Below are positions 63,134 through 64,000 of a stretch of DNA of 64,000 bases, piece after piece (position 1 is the stretch's first letter; each line of letters opens with the position of its first letter). Both the position numbers and the translations under genes were made by a program. Under the pieces are notes generated by a model that did no database searches, had not been told where the DNA came from, and saw nothing but the letters and a program-made list of their open reading frames with translations. The DNA is from Spirochaetia bacterium (GTDB lineage Bacteria; Spirochaetota; Spirochaetia; SZUA-6; Bin103): NCBI GenBank assembly GCA_965203905.1, contig CBDBDQ010000005.1, positions 6,112,001-6,176,000 of the forward strand, written 5' to 3'.

Positions 63134-63898
63134 CTAACCGGCTCGGCCCGCGTTGGCCATGAACTGGGCGGCGCCCGCCTGCAGCCAGCCCTTCACCCCG
63201 GTGAGGGCGAAGCGCACGCCCAGGTCGACGTAGCCGCCGACGTCGTCGTTGGTGGTCAGGGTACCGGCGATGCGTCCCGCCGCCACGATGCGGCGGATCG
63301 AGTCTTCGATCTTTTCCTTCACGTCGGGGTGCGCGAGATCGCCGATATGGCCCATGGAGGCCGCGTAGTCGGCCGGCGCCACGAAGAACACGTCGATCTC
63401 CTCCACCTCCAGGATCCGGTCCAGGTTGGCGTGGGCGGCGATGTCCTCGATCAGCACGATGAGACAGGTCTCGTCGTTGCCGCGGTGGACGTAGCCGTCC
63501 ACCCCGTAGTACTGGCGGCTGGTGTACATGCCGCGCTGCCCCAGTGGCGCGAACTTGCCGCCGGCCACCACGTTCTCGGCCTCGGCGCGGGTGTTTACGT
63601 GCGGCACCACCACCGCCTGCGCGCCGCGGTCCAGGGTGCGGTAGATCAGCCCCTGGTGGTTGTCGTTGACACGCACCACCGACGTGATCCCCCAGATGTC
63701 GCAGGCACGGGTGAGGTTGCCGAGCTCGGAGGCGTCCACGGCGCCGTGCTCGCCCTCCAGCCACACGCCGTCCACGCCGGTGGCCTCGGCGATCGGGCCG
63801 AAGGCGTCGATGTCGTCGGGATGGGTGATGCCGCTGACCACGGTGGCTACCTGCCCCGCGGCCAGCGTCTGCTTGATGCGGTTCTTGCGGAGTTCCAT
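63134..63898 (-). CDS. HpcH/HpaI aldolase family protein
   Basis: WLEGEHG, LDRGAQ..VPHV, GQRG, LIED, VAPADY.ASMG. Confidence 0.9.
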   Translation of the reverse strand: MELRKNRIKQTLAAGQVATVVSGITHPDDIDAFGPIAEATGVDGVWLEGEHGAVDASELGNLTRACDIWGITSVVRVNDNHQGLIYRTLDRGAQAVVVPHVNTRAEAENVVAGGKFAPLGQRGMYTSRQYYGVDGYVHRGNDETCLIVLIEDIAAHANLDRILEVEEIDVFFVAPADYAASMGHIGDLAHPDVKEKIEDSIRRIVAAGRIAGTLTTNDDVGGYVDLGVRFALTGVKGWLQAGAAQFMANAGRAG

Positions 63899-64000
63899 CG
63901 GCTCCGACGGTACTCCGTGCCGTGGTTCAGGTAAAGGGCTTGCCGGCGCCGCCGGCATCACCCGCGGCGCCGCAGCGGCCGGCCGCGCCCGCCGACTTAT

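Overview
Very GC-rich bacterial chromosome segment, about 52 genes. The gene order and protein families in 1-19.7 kb suggest a Spirochaetota genome (inference; no database was searched). 1-16 kb is a minus-strand housekeeping run: rsgA-mutS2-uvrA-lptD-like-phoH-ybeY-corC-pgk-tpiA-secG, continuing directly into F-type ATP synthase atpB-atpE. It is followed by a pentapeptide/MBL pair, rluD-like, and yggS divergent from pdxS-pdxT. The rest holds a putative lipid-modification cluster (desaturase, epimerase, class III aminotransferase, SCP2 protein, acyltransferase), a P-loop-less mini-YchF, a MarR-regulated heterodimeric ABC exporter, two PhyH-family Fe/2OG enzymes, a spermidine-synthase-like/pcm pair, a Firmicutes-style sugar ABC/AraC/sulfatase locus and glnE. 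Several small defence or toxin-antitoxin modules are interspersed: an ABC-type ATPase followed, across one in-frame TGA, by a PD-(D/E)XK-like protein; a single-chain MNT-HEPN fusion; a DUF262-DUF1524 (GmrSD-like) nuclease; and an internally deleted HigB-like toxin with intact antitoxin plus an orphan HEPN-like gene. I saw no rRNA, tRNA, CRISPR array, transposase or integrase. All family calls come from motifs recognised by eye, and many start codons are best estimates.
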